From the UHGV virus genome UHGV-0027832: a DNA stretch of 46,547 bases; one strand, written 5' to 3'. A program made the translations under genes and the position numbers. Shown here in pieces: positions 27,615 through 37,455 of the stretch; positions within the stretch are counted from its first letter, which is position 1; each line of letters starts with the position of its first letter. The notes below the pieces were generated by a model that had not been told where the DNA came from, ran no database searches, and was given only the letters and a program-made list of their open reading frames with translations. This DNA comes from a virus.

Positions 27615-27644
27615 AAAGCCGCTTCATGCGGCTTTATTTATTTC
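27615..27644. terminator. Bidirectional rho-independent terminator
   Basis: AAAGCCGCTTCATGCGGCTTT hairpin followed by ATTTATTT; lies directly after the tRNA and after the minus-strand gene ending at 27638. Confidence 0.7.
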
Positions 27645-28012
27645 ACAACCCGTAAAAGCAACTCATGTACAGGCCGCTTCTCTTCCGTTAACATCGGCCT
27701 ACCGATCGGAGCCTGCAACTGGATGTAGTTAACGCATGAATCAATCGGATGCGTCTTGATGTATTCGATAATCTCATTGGCTTTAGCATCAACATCCGAC
27801 ACGTTATACTGTCCATGCTTGCCGACAACATACAATGAGAAATAGAAATCACCGCCGAGGCCATCCATAACCTGCGTACCCCCATTGGATTGCAGGACAA
27901 TAAATTGCTCGTTGCCATCTCCGGTGTCATTCCAGAACTGCAACTGCGAAGTCCAGCCATCATATAATCCGGCATCCTGAAGATAAGCATCAACCAGTTC
28001 AAGCATATTCAC
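27638..28012 (-). CDS. Putative tail terminator/tail completion protein (gpU-like position)
   Basis: 124 aa ORF immediately upstream of the major tail protein gene; assigned by synteny. Confidence 0.45.
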   Translation of the reverse strand: MNMLELVDAYLQDAGLYDGWTSQLQFWNDTGDGNEQFIVLQSNGGTQVMDGLGGDFYFSLYVVGKHGQYNVSDVDAKANEIIEYIKTHPIDSCVNYIQLQAPIGRPMLTEEKRPVHELLLRVVK

Positions 28013-28407
28013 AGTTTCATCTCCTTCTTAATCACGCTATCAACAAGGTCTTTCGTGTGTTGCGCTGCTTTGGTCAGGAATTGCGGCTCACCGCCCGGCG
28101 ACCAGTACGTGCCATTACCATTGCTGCGAGGTTTACCTGTAAGTTTCCCGCTGGCGTTATGGACATACAACGCATATTTCGCAGAATAGCCAACCTTGCC
28201 AGTGATTCGCGTTCCGCTAACTTCCACAGTATCAAACTGACTGTTAATCAGCGTCGATGTGTCAATTGGCGTTAACGTGGCTGACTCGGTACGGATGATG
28301 TATGTCGCCGATTTCAATGCTCGCACCGCTTTCGTGGCGATTATCTCATCCACAATCTGAGATGTTCTTTCTACGGCCTGCCGGATGCCTCTTAATTTCG
28401 CTGGCAT
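28009..28407 (-). CDS. Putative head-tail joining or tail completion protein (HK97 gp10/gpZ-like position)
   Basis: 132 aa ORF with ATGA overlaps on both sides; assigned by synteny. Confidence 0.4.
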   Translation of the reverse strand: MPAKLRGIRQAVERTSQIVDEIIATKAVRALKSATYIIRTESATLTPIDTSTLINSQFDTVEVSGTRITGKVGYSAKYALYVHNASGKLTGKPRSNGNGTYWSPGGEPQFLTKAAQHTKDLVDSVIKKEMKL

Positions 28408-28754
28408 TATGTCACCAGTGCAAAGTCAGGCGGCTCTTCCCTGTTGAAAGTTGAACCATAGTTGATCACATTCAGAATCTGGTTTGCACCAGCCGTCAGT
28501 GGGTCAGCCTCTGTTGTCGTGCCAATCATGATGTAATCACCAACCTTAGCGCCAGTGTACTCTGTCCAGAAGGTATTTTTCTGCACAATCTCATTGCCTT
28601 TCGCATCGGTCGACACGTCATCGTTAAAGCCATAATCACACATGATGCTCACTGGCGTGTCAAAAGTTGGCTTGCCGTACTTGTCAGTGCCGCTTTTGTG
28701 CCAGATTGTGCATGGTTGCGTGTAGCTCCAGTTAGCCAGCGATGTCATTTGCAT
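28407..28754 (-). CDS. Putative head closure protein
   Basis: 115 aa ORF within the head-tail joining cluster; assigned by synteny. Confidence 0.4.
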   Translation of the reverse strand: MQMTSLANWSYTQPCTIWHKSGTDKYGKPTFDTPVSIMCDYGFNDDVSTDAKGNEIVQKNTFWTEYTGAKVGDYIMIGTTTEADPLTAGANQILNVINYGSTFNREEPPDFALVT

Positions 28755-29137
28755 TTACTCCCACGCACAACCGCAAACCACGGCTTACCGCTTCCATCAG
28801 GGTCTTCCACCAAATCGCCAGTGCATCCGGCTGTATCCAGTAGCTTCATCTGATTGTACAGCGCCACCCACGGCTTGCTTCCGTAAGCGAATGATTGTGA
28901 TGCGCCAGATGGTGCGCTCTGACTGGTAACGTAGCGACCAGCGGTATTTGCGCTAATCAGGATGGAAGCCCACAGCATGATCGCATTTTGTCGGCATTCA
29001 TCGTTTGGATAGTTCAGTTCAAGGCATTCACTGATTGACGCCACAAGGCACAGAATACCGGAAGCATCTGTTGTGGTGATAGTCATTCCACGGGATGCCA
29101 TCTGGCTTACTAATTCCTCAGGTGTTGGTGCTGCCAT
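28745..29137 (-). CDS. Putative head-tail connector/adaptor protein
   Basis: Start taken at the MAAPTPEEL ATG (29137) with GGAGTC SD; assigned by synteny. Confidence 0.4.
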   Translation of the reverse strand: MAAPTPEELVSQMASRGMTITTTDASGILCLVASISECLELNYPNDECRQNAIMLWASILISANTAGRYVTSQSAPSGASQSFAYGSKPWVALYNQMKLLDTAGCTGDLVEDPDGSGKPWFAVVRGSKCK

Positions 29138-29402
29138 TTTTTTTAGACTCCCGTACTTTCCACCACATTTCAAACAGGTTCTTTATTACCAGAGACAGAG
29201 CGCCAAGAATTGACGCTACTGCCGCCCATTCTGTCAGGCTGTGTGGAATCATCGCTTCAAAATAAGATTGCGTGACAGGTGTTTGCTCTGCAACTTTCAG
29301 GCCAATGCCAGTGCCAATAGAAGCATATCCAGCCTTATCAATCACCTGCCCTGCCGTTCCGCTTATAATCTGCTCTGCGGCCTGCCTTAGTGCTCCGTTC
29401 AT
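29118..29402 (-). CDS. Hypothetical protein with a C-terminal transmembrane helix (94 aa)
   Basis: ORF; contains the hydrophobic segment WAAVASILGALSLVI. Confidence 0.4.
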   Translation of the reverse strand: MNGALRQAAEQIISGTAGQVIDKAGYASIGTGIGLKVAEQTPVTQSYFEAMIPHSLTEWAAVASILGALSLVIKNLFEMWWKVRESKKNGSTNT

Positions 29403-29434
29403 TGTGCGTCTCGCTGATGATATGTTTCCAGCAC

Positions 29435-29875
29435 TTATAGATTTGAATCAGCGAAAAAACAATGGCGACCACGCCAAGAATAATGTCCAATTTCGCCGCC
29501 CCATTTAAAAGTGATGGAAAGGATGAACAGATGGATGCCGATAATAATAAATGCGTACTGCGCATGAAGCGGCGTTTCTACAGGCGTGATAAATTCCCAT
29601 ACGAATGACTCTATCGCAACCAGCCATTCGTAAAGGCTCATCGTCAGCACGCAGAGCGCCATCTTTGCACTTTTGCGCAGTGCAATGGCCGGAAGCAACC
29701 AGACCATAGACTGCGCAAGGTAATACAGATATTCGGCGGGGAATGAATCAACAAGCACCCATCCAAGATACACAGACATCACCATTGCCGGAATGAACAC
29801 CAGAAACGCAACCATGCCTGTGCAGGCAAAGCCAAGCACATACATGATCATGATGGCAACGTCTGCGCCGAACAT
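29435..29875 (-). CDS. Polytopic inner-membrane protein (146 aa, four to five predicted TM helices)
   Basis: Hydrophobic throughout (MFGADVAIMIMYVLGFACTGMVAFLVFIPAMVMSVYLGWVLV...); start overlaps the stop of the basic peptide gene as TAATG. Confidence 0.55.
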   Translation of the reverse strand: MFGADVAIMIMYVLGFACTGMVAFLVFIPAMVMSVYLGWVLVDSFPAEYLYYLAQSMVWLLPAIALRKSAKMALCVLTMSLYEWLVAIESFVWEFITPVETPLHAQYAFIIIGIHLFILSITFKWGGEIGHYSWRGRHCFFADSNL

Positions 29876-29995
29876 TATTTTTTACCGCGCGATGGTGAAC
29901 GGGTAGAGCCGTTTGGCTTCACTGCGCCAGTTTTGCCGCCAGTTTTGGTGTTGCCAGTAGCGCGTGAACGAGACGGACCGTTTGTTGAACCCATG
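29876..29995 (-). CDS. Hypothetical highly basic 39-aa peptide
   Basis: Strong GGAGA SD 6 nt before the ATG at 29995; sequence MGSTNGPSRSRATGNTKTGGKTGAVKPNGSTRSPSRGKK. Confidence 0.35.
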
Positions 29996-30100
29996 TTTAA
30001 ATCTCCTGTTGTTTGATTAGCATGATTTTAGCACAAAATGTCATTGAAGATTCGTTGTGGTTTTGCTAAATTTATAAATAAGAAAACAAAGGAGAGCGCA

Positions 30101-30406
30101 ATGCAAACAAAAAATCCATTTCTAATGATATGCGAAAAAAAAGTAGATGCTGAAATCATGCACATAAAAAGCGTCATGATCATACTGCTAATGAAAAGGT
30201 TAAATACTATGGCTTCCAAGAGAAAGGATATGGCTAAGATCCTTGGATGCTCAGAAGGAGAAATGAGTAGGATTGCGAATGGGTATTTATCAAGCATTTC
30301 ACTTGAGAAGATTATTAAGCACTTAGCTACTATAGATTGCTTTTCATCCTCTAAATTTTTCGATGGAACCGTTTCAATTATTATTCGTGAGGATAAATCA
30401 AAATGA
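30101..30406 (+). CDS. HTH (XRE-like) DNA-binding protein
   Basis: AAAGGAGAGCGCA SD before the ATG at 30101; MAKILGCSEGEMSRIANGYLSSISLEKII resembles an XRE-type helix-turn-helix. Confidence 0.5.
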   Translation: MQTKNPFLMICEKKVDAEIMHIKSVMIILLMKRLNTMASKRKDMAKILGCSEGEMSRIANGYLSSISLEKIIKHLATIDCFSSSKFFDGTVSIIIREDKSK

Positions 30407-30876
30407 TATGGAATGAGGTATTTAAGTATAAGGATGGTCATATTTTTTGGAATATTAAGAGGCGGAAAGTTAAGTTTGGATCAGAGGCTGGTTCGTGTAA
30501 GTCTCATGGATATAAAGTGGTTCGAGTTAACGGCAGGCAGTTCTTAGTGCATCGCATCATCTGGGAAATGCATAACGGCGCAATACCAGAAGGAATGGAG
30601 ATTGATCATATCAACCATGTTCGTGATGATAACAGAATTGAGAATTTGCGTATTGTTTCTCACGCAGACAACATGAAAAATCAAAAAATGAACATTAATA
30701 ATAAATCTGGCCATCATGGAGTTAGCCTATGCAGATCTAGAGGGAAGTGGCTGGCAAAAATAACAGCGAATGGCTCTCACATTTTTCTTGGTCACTTTGA
30801 CACAATCGAAGAAGCAATTGACGCAAGGATGAATGCGATAACGCAGCTAAAGTTTCACGAAAATCATGGGATCTAG
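30403..30876 (+). CDS. HNH homing endonuclease with AP2 domain (second copy, divergent sequence)
   Basis: HNH motif EIDHINHVRDDNRIENLRIVSHADNMKNQ; AP2-like HGVSLCRSRGKWLAKITANGSHIFLGHFDTIEEAIDAR. Confidence 0.8.
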   Translation: MIWNEVFKYKDGHIFWNIKRRKVKFGSEAGSCKSHGYKVVRVNGRQFLVHRIIWEMHNGAIPEGMEIDHINHVRDDNRIENLRIVSHADNMKNQKMNINNKSGHHGVSLCRSRGKWLAKITANGSHIFLGHFDTIEEAIDARMNAITQLKFHENHGI

Positions 30877-30947
30877 TGTTGATGTAGGTTGCAGTTTTGT
30901 GTATTCTAGTGACGTAGAAACAACAATAAATGTTAGAGGTGATGAAG

Positions 30948-31217
30948 ATGAAGATGAAGATGGAATGGATTAATGTAAATGACGAATTGCCAGAATCAAA
31001 AGACGACTCCGTATTGGTCTGCTCTATTGATGGAAGCAAATACGATGACTATGGTTTCCCTGAAGGCGGCATTGATATGGTTCATATCCAAGACTATTTT
31101 GACGATATTACTGCGGGTATTGATGAAAACGGCAATCAGCTTTATACGAAGCGTTACATCGAAATGGGGATAACACACTGGATGTATCTTCCTGAGCTGC
31201 CCGTTTCTGTGAAGTGA
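30948..31217 (+). CDS. DUF551-domain protein
   Basis: C-terminal ITHWMYLPELPVS; several in-frame ATGs (30930-30960), so the exact start is uncertain; GAGGTGA SD. Confidence 0.55.
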   Translation: MKMKMEWINVNDELPESKDDSVLVCSIDGSKYDDYGFPEGGIDMVHIQDYFDDITAGIDENGNQLYTKRYIEMGITHWMYLPELPVSVK

Positions 31218-31239
31218 TAATAAATATTGAGGTGGTGAA

Positions 31240-31500
31240 ATGTTTGATATTGATAACCCAAGTGATGACAAAGCCAAGCTGATTGATGCGGTCGCTTGCA
31301 GTTTCGCATCCTGCCAGACAGAAGGTGAATATCAGGTTGTGAAAATGTGCATTGTTGAATTTTTCTCAGCAATCAACATTCCTGATGATGAGTCGGTTGA
31401 TATTCTGCTGTGTGCTGCTAGTAATTGCGCTGAGGCGGACGAGTGCATTGATGATCTAGTTGAAGAGTTTGGCGGCATTTTTCAGGGTGGTGAGGAGTAA
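31240..31500 (+). CDS. Highly acidic small protein (86 aa); candidate DNA-mimic or anti-restriction protein
   Basis: About 30% Asp/Glu (…DDESVDILLCAASNCAEADECIDDLVEEFGG…); GAGGTGGTGAA SD. Confidence 0.45.
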   Translation: MFDIDNPSDDKAKLIDAVACSFASCQTEGEYQVVKMCIVEFFSAINIPDDESVDILLCAASNCAEADECIDDLVEEFGGIFQGGEE

Positions 31501-31503
31501 ATT

Positions 31504-31695
31504 ATGGCAAACATGCCCTACTGTCGATTTCGTAACACAGAGCAAGACTTCAATGATTGTGTTGATGCAATTGGCAGCATTGAGTCTATTGGTGATTTAA
31601 GTAATGCAGAACGCAAAGCTGCTGATCGCCTGTACTATCTGGCCAATGAGTACGTCGCATATTACGAGCAATTGTTAGAAGAAATCGGTGAATGA
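31504..31695 (+). CDS. Hypothetical acidic protein (63 aa)
   Basis: GGAGT SD before the ATG. Confidence 0.45.
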   Translation: MANMPYCRFRNTEQDFNDCVDAIGSIESIGDLSNAERKAADRLYYLANEYVAYYEQLLEEIGE

Positions 31696-31696
31696 T

Positions 31697-31885
31697 ATGA
31701 AAGATGAATTTATTGATTATGACGCTAAGAGACAAGAAATGGCTTCTGATGCAACGCTACGTGATTACTTTGCCGCAAAAGCAATGCAATCTCTATTAAT
31801 TACATCACCAAATATGGGTTATGGCGAGAAGGCTGAACATGCTTACCTTATCGCAGAAAGAATGATGGAGGCGAGAGTTAAATGA
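31697..31885 (+). CDS. Hypothetical protein (62 aa)
   Basis: Start chosen at the MKDEF ATG with GGTGAA SD. Confidence 0.4.
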   Translation: MKDEFIDYDAKRQEMASDATLRDYFAAKAMQSLLITSPNMGYGEKAEHAYLIAERMMEARVK

Positions 31886-32691
31886 AAACACTCAGCAAAA
31901 TCTATTCAGACAAAGAAACACGCAACGGAATCGCTGTGAACAAAACCTACCTCGTGCCAGTTGAGCAAATCTATCTGGAGCCGGGATACAACATCCGCGA
32001 GGCAGATGAGCAACACGTTGAATATTTCGCGCAGTGCTGGGAGTCAGGTCAGCCATTACCAGCATTAACAGTTATTCCAGATGAGAAGGGAATCCGCATT
32101 CTTGATGGTCAGCATCGCTATCTCGGCGCATTGCGCGCCATTGAGCGTGGCGCACCAATCGTTCGTATTGAGTGTAAGGACTTCACTGGTGATGAGGCTG
32201 ACAAAATCGCCTTCATGGTGTCATCCAGTCAGGGTAAGCAACTCGACCCGTTTGAACGCGCGAAGGCTTACACGCGACTGAAAGGCTTTGGCTGGACGAA
32301 TGAAGAAATTGCCAAGAAGGTAGGCCGCTCAGTATCTGACGTGCAAATGCACCTGTCGCTGAGTGATGTTCCGGCGGAAGTAAAAGCGCGAATTAATGCA
32401 GGGCAAATCAGTTATGCAAATGCCGTAGCGGTAACACGTGAGCATGGCGATGATGCGGTAAAAGTTATCGACGAGGCAGTCGAAGAGGCTAAAGCACAAG
32501 GCAAGGACAAGGTCACGGCGAAGGTGTTGAAGTCGAAAAAGATTAAGCCAGTAGACCGTCTGATTGAGTTATTGAAACCAGCGGACCATGTGATTCTCCC
32601 TGCTGGTCACGTGGTGGCAGAGGATGAGGAATTTATCCAGATTCCTGTTGCTGACATTCACGAGGTCATGGCAATTCTGGAGAAGATGTGA
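31882..32691 (+). CDS. ParB/sulfiredoxin-fold nuclease-domain protein with a DGQHR motif (DndB-like subfamily)
   Basis: 269 aa. The N-terminal ~100 aa contain ...IPDEKGIRILDGQHRYLGALRA..., characteristic of DGQHR/ParB-like domains; C-terminal half is helical. Confidence 0.6.
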   Translation: MKTLSKIYSDKETRNGIAVNKTYLVPVEQIYLEPGYNIREADEQHVEYFAQCWESGQPLPALTVIPDEKGIRILDGQHRYLGALRAIERGAPIVRIECKDFTGDEADKIAFMVSSSQGKQLDPFERAKAYTRLKGFGWTNEEIAKKVGRSVSDVQMHLSLSDVPAEVKARINAGQISYANAVAVTREHGDDAVKVIDEAVEEAKAQGKDKVTAKVLKSKKIKPVDRLIELLKPADHVILPAGHVVAEDEEFIQIPVADIHEVMAILEKM

Positions 32692-32942
32692 TGAGTAAGT
32701 ATGAAAAACTTGATTCGATGATTATGGGTGTTCTTGATTTCAAAATTCCGACGCCATTCATGGCAATTCATTTTTCTGATGGAATCCATAGTGGCATATA
32801 CGCAGAATGTGAAAAGTTAGCGACAAAGCCGCACGAAGGCTTTCGTGTTCTCGATCGCAGATTGCAAGCGCTAAGAAAGAAAGGTCTTATCGTATCTCAT
32901 GGCGCAAGCAAAGGATGGGTGAAAATAAATCATGAACGCTGA
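32688..32942 (+). CDS. Hypothetical protein (84 aa)
   Basis: ORF with ATGA overlap. Confidence 0.45.
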   Translation: MMSKYEKLDSMIMGVLDFKIPTPFMAIHFSDGIHSGIYAECEKLATKPHEGFRVLDRRLQALRKKGLIVSHGASKGWVKINHER

Positions 32943-33102
32943 ACAATTCATCGAAAAACAACTTCGTGCCAAGCTGCCTGACATTGACCAGATGGCAATT
33001 GATGCGGCTATTCAGTATTACAAGCGCAATCAGAGCACAAAGAAGGGTGGCATTTTTGAAGAATGCCTGAAAGTTGCAAAACAGCACATGATTAAGGTGA
33101 AG
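32932..33102 (+). CDS. Hypothetical protein (56 aa)
   Basis: ATG overlaps the previous stop; sequence MNAEQFIEKQLRAKLPDIDQMAIDAA... Confidence 0.35.
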
Positions 33103-33641
33103 TGATGAAACTAAAAATCAGCAAACTATTACTTGAGTCAGCATTAATATTTCAGGCTCGCAATGATGTGCGCTACTATCTGAATGGCATCTGCTTTATG
33201 CCTGATGGTCGTATTGCATCAACTGACGGTCATCGCGCATTTATTGGCGGAAGCCATGACAATAAGTTGGAAGAAAATGTGATTATCAAGATTGGCAAAT
33301 CTCCGACAAAACGCTATGAGTACGCCATCATTGATACCAAATCGAAAATTGCAACGTATCATGATGAAGCTGGCGCGATGGTTGGTGCTGGTATCTGCGA
33401 AGAGATTGATGGCCGATTCCCTGATATTGATCGCGTGATACCAAAGGAGACTAAAGCAGCAGAGAAAATAGGCTTCAATGCTGGCTATCTTGTTGATATT
33501 GAGAAAGTGGCGAAGCTGTTTAATCCTAAATTCTGTGGTGTTAAATTTGAGCTGAATGGAAATACAAATGCCGCAGTTTGTTGTCTTAGTGCTCCATCTG
33601 GAGAGACTGCAAAGATTGTTGTTATGCCTATGCGTCTGTAG
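33102..33641 (+). CDS. Truncated DNA polymerase III beta sliding-clamp (DnaN)-like protein (179 aa)
   Basis: The C-terminus ...AKIVVMPMRL is identical to the E. coli DnaN C-terminus (...VVMPMRL). About half the size of DnaN and resembles a clamp C-terminal domain. AAGGTGA SD. Confidence 0.55.
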   Translation: MMKLKISKLLLESALIFQARNDVRYYLNGICFMPDGRIASTDGHRAFIGGSHDNKLEENVIIKIGKSPTKRYEYAIIDTKSKIATYHDEAGAMVGAGICEEIDGRFPDIDRVIPKETKAAEKIGFNAGYLVDIEKVAKLFNPKFCGVKFELNGNTNAAVCCLSAPSGETAKIVVMPMRL

Positions 33642-33644
33642 CAA

Positions 33645-33676
33645 TAAAAAACCCGCATTATGCGGGTTTTATTTAC
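33645..33676. terminator. Bidirectional rho-independent terminator
   Basis: AAAAACCCGCATTATGCGGGTTTT hairpin followed by ATTT. Confidence 0.7.
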
Positions 33677-33870
33677 TCTGCTTTCTTTTTCTTTGTCGTC
33701 TTTTGTTGTGGGGTTGCGACTTCGAAAGACTTTTCCAGCTCTGGCATGATGCGCAGTTTTGGCAGCAGATGCTCGGCTGGTTCGGCAATCACCTCGCCAA
33801 GCTGCAATTCACGAATCTTGCCTTTTTCTTTTACAAAGATTCCGCGTGCGATGACTTCGTACTTAGCCAT
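33673..33870 (-). CDS. Hypothetical protein (65 aa) downstream of the major capsid gene
   Basis: ORF with a lysine-rich C-terminus. Confidence 0.45.
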   Translation of the reverse strand: MAKYEVIARGIFVKEKGKIRELQLGEVIAEPAEHLLPKLRIMPELEKSFEVATPQQKTTKKKKAE

Positions 33871-33887
33871 TATTCACCTCAAATTCA

Positions 33888-33916
33888 TAAAGGGGCTTTC
33901 GCCCCTTTTTTTATTA
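33888..33916. terminator. Rho-independent terminator after the major capsid gene
   Basis: AAAGGGGCTTTCGCCCCTTT hairpin flanked by T/A runs. Confidence 0.6.
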
Positions 33917-34984
33917 CACCGGAGTTTGTGTTCCGTAGCCGTTGAACACTTTGGACTTACCGGAGAAATCCTTGCGCACCTGTAAACCCATAGCAGACCA
34001 CACGAGGAAGTTGAAGTTAGCGTGCGGCGTGGTACGCGGCTCTGCATAGGTGGATACCGGCTGAGCAACACGCGGACGGATGTACATGTCGTTGCGAACG
34101 TAGCCAACAAAATGGTTACCAGTCAGCAGGAAGTTGGTGCCAATCTTGCCGATACGACCATTGCCGAACTGCGTGATGTACTGCTCAACCGTACCGCCTT
34201 TGAATCCTGCCGCATCAGAATACGGACGCATGAAACTGCGACGCACTGCCGGGGAAACCCACAGAGTAACCTGCTCAAATACGTTCTGCGCATCAAGAAT
34301 AGCCTGGAAATCCTGATTGAAGAAGGTCACGATTTGGTCAGGCGTTGCGGTTTGCAGGTCGATATTCAGGCCACCGGAAGCATTCAGGTTAACCTGAACA
34401 GTGTTCGGGTGGTTGGTGATACCGTAACCAGTGTAAACGCCGTTCACGTTCAGAGTCTGGTCGCCAGTAAGTAGATACTGCGCCATGTCGGAACGCAGGT
34501 TAAAGGTGACGTTAGCCTGATCGTCCAGCAGAGGGTCAAAACCCTCAGACTGCATACCCAGCAGCTCGCGCCATTCGCGGCCGTATCCAGTCTTGAAGAT
34601 TGGAATCACATCGCCAGTGTAATCGTAGCGAGTTTTATCCAAATCTTCCGGCTCCTGACCAGACAGTGTGCGGACGACCTTACCAGCATCGGAAGCGATG
34701 CGGCTGATTGCCACAGTCTTGCCGATATTGATGTTTGCCGCGATACCCATCAGGTCAGCCATCATATCCTGACCAGCTTCGTTACGGAAAACGCGGGTGG
34801 TGACGTTGTCCACGTCGCGCCAGTAATCCTTCGTTACCAGTGCGGTAGCGTTCACGCCGTAGGTTTTCGCCAGTTCAGCTTCTGCATTGCAGAACACCTT
34901 ACGGTCGATAGTCAGATGTTTCCACTGGGCAGCCACCACTGCGGAGTTGGCTACCAAGTCTTTGGTAAAAATAATCTTTTCCAT
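33914..34984 (-). CDS. Major capsid protein
   Basis: 356 aa ORF following the protease/scaffold and decoration genes and followed by a strong terminator; size and position are typical of an HK97-fold major capsid protein. Confidence 0.65.
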   Translation of the reverse strand: MEKIIFTKDLVANSAVVAAQWKHLTIDRKVFCNAEAELAKTYGVNATALVTKDYWRDVDNVTTRVFRNEAGQDMMADLMGIAANINIGKTVAISRIASDAGKVVRTLSGQEPEDLDKTRYDYTGDVIPIFKTGYGREWRELLGMQSEGFDPLLDDQANVTFNLRSDMAQYLLTGDQTLNVNGVYTGYGITNHPNTVQVNLNASGGLNIDLQTATPDQIVTFFNQDFQAILDAQNVFEQVTLWVSPAVRRSFMRPYSDAAGFKGGTVEQYITQFGNGRIGKIGTNFLLTGNHFVGYVRNDMYIRPRVAQPVSTYAEPRTTPHANFNFLVWSAMGLQVRKDFSGKSKVFNGYGTQTPV

Positions 34985-34986
34985 TA

Positions 34987-36866
<1,880 letters not shown>

Positions 36867-36882
36867 GGTTAACTCTCCACGG

Positions 36883-37006
36883 TTAGTTTGTGGTCGAATT
36901 ATAACACAGGGAGATGTAGCACCATGAGGCGGTAGCCAGTGCAAACAATGGCGAACTGGTGAGTGCGTAGAGCGTGAGAAAGAAAGTGATAGGGATTATG
37001 TTCATG
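36883..37006 (-). CDS. Hypothetical 40-aa hydrophobic peptide
   Basis: GGAGGT SD 5 nt before the ATG at 37006; sequence MNIIPITFFLTLYALTSSPLFALATASWCYISLCYNSTTN; stop sits next to the SD of the protease gene. Confidence 0.3.
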
Positions 37007-37060
37007 GGCTACCTCCTGATTAAATGATAGCAGCCCATGATGAACAAAAGATATACGGAG

Positions 37061-37207
37061 TTAGTCTGAAATCACATCATCCATAAATGCAAGCGCAGCA
37101 CCAGAGAGACAGAACAGAGCGCCATAGCAAATCATCTGGTATAGAGTATCCGCCTCAAATACCCTTGCGAATGCGTAGGCTGATAATATCCACAGTAATG
37201 GAATCAT
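37061..37207 (-). CDS. Hypothetical small membrane protein (48 aa)
   Basis: GGAG SD; ATGA overlap with the upstream gene; hydrophobic. Confidence 0.4.
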   Translation of the reverse strand: MIPLLWILSAYAFARVFEADTLYQMICYGALFCLSGAALAFMDDVISD

Positions 37208-37455
37208 TTTCGCTCCGGAATGATGATTGTAGTATCGAATGGTGGAATGCACCCAAGGTGGACATACTCTCCAAATGTATCGAATAGCGCCCACAGCGGA
37301 AATGAAGAATATCCATCATCATCTTTTTCTGGCTCGACAAAATCACCAATACCAGGGACTCTCAAACGAAGTTCATTGTGTCGCTTGCGCAGAATGTCGA
37401 TTCCATTATCGTTTAGCTTAATTTTCACGTACTCATTTATATTGAATTTCATCAT
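37204..37455 (-). CDS. Hypothetical protein (83 aa)
   Basis: ORF in the translationally coupled array. Confidence 0.45.
   Translation of the reverse strand: MMKFNINEYVKIKLNDNGIDILRKRHNELRLRVPGIGDFVEPEKDDDGYSSFPLWALFDTFGEYVHLGCIPPFDTTIIIPERK

Noticed and set aside
36950-37060. Inverted repeat TGTTCATGGGCT...AGCCCATGATGAACA as a terminator
   Set aside because: No U-run follows on either strand. The stem overlaps the SD and start of a 40-aa ORF, so it is more likely a translational or RNA-processing element than a terminator.
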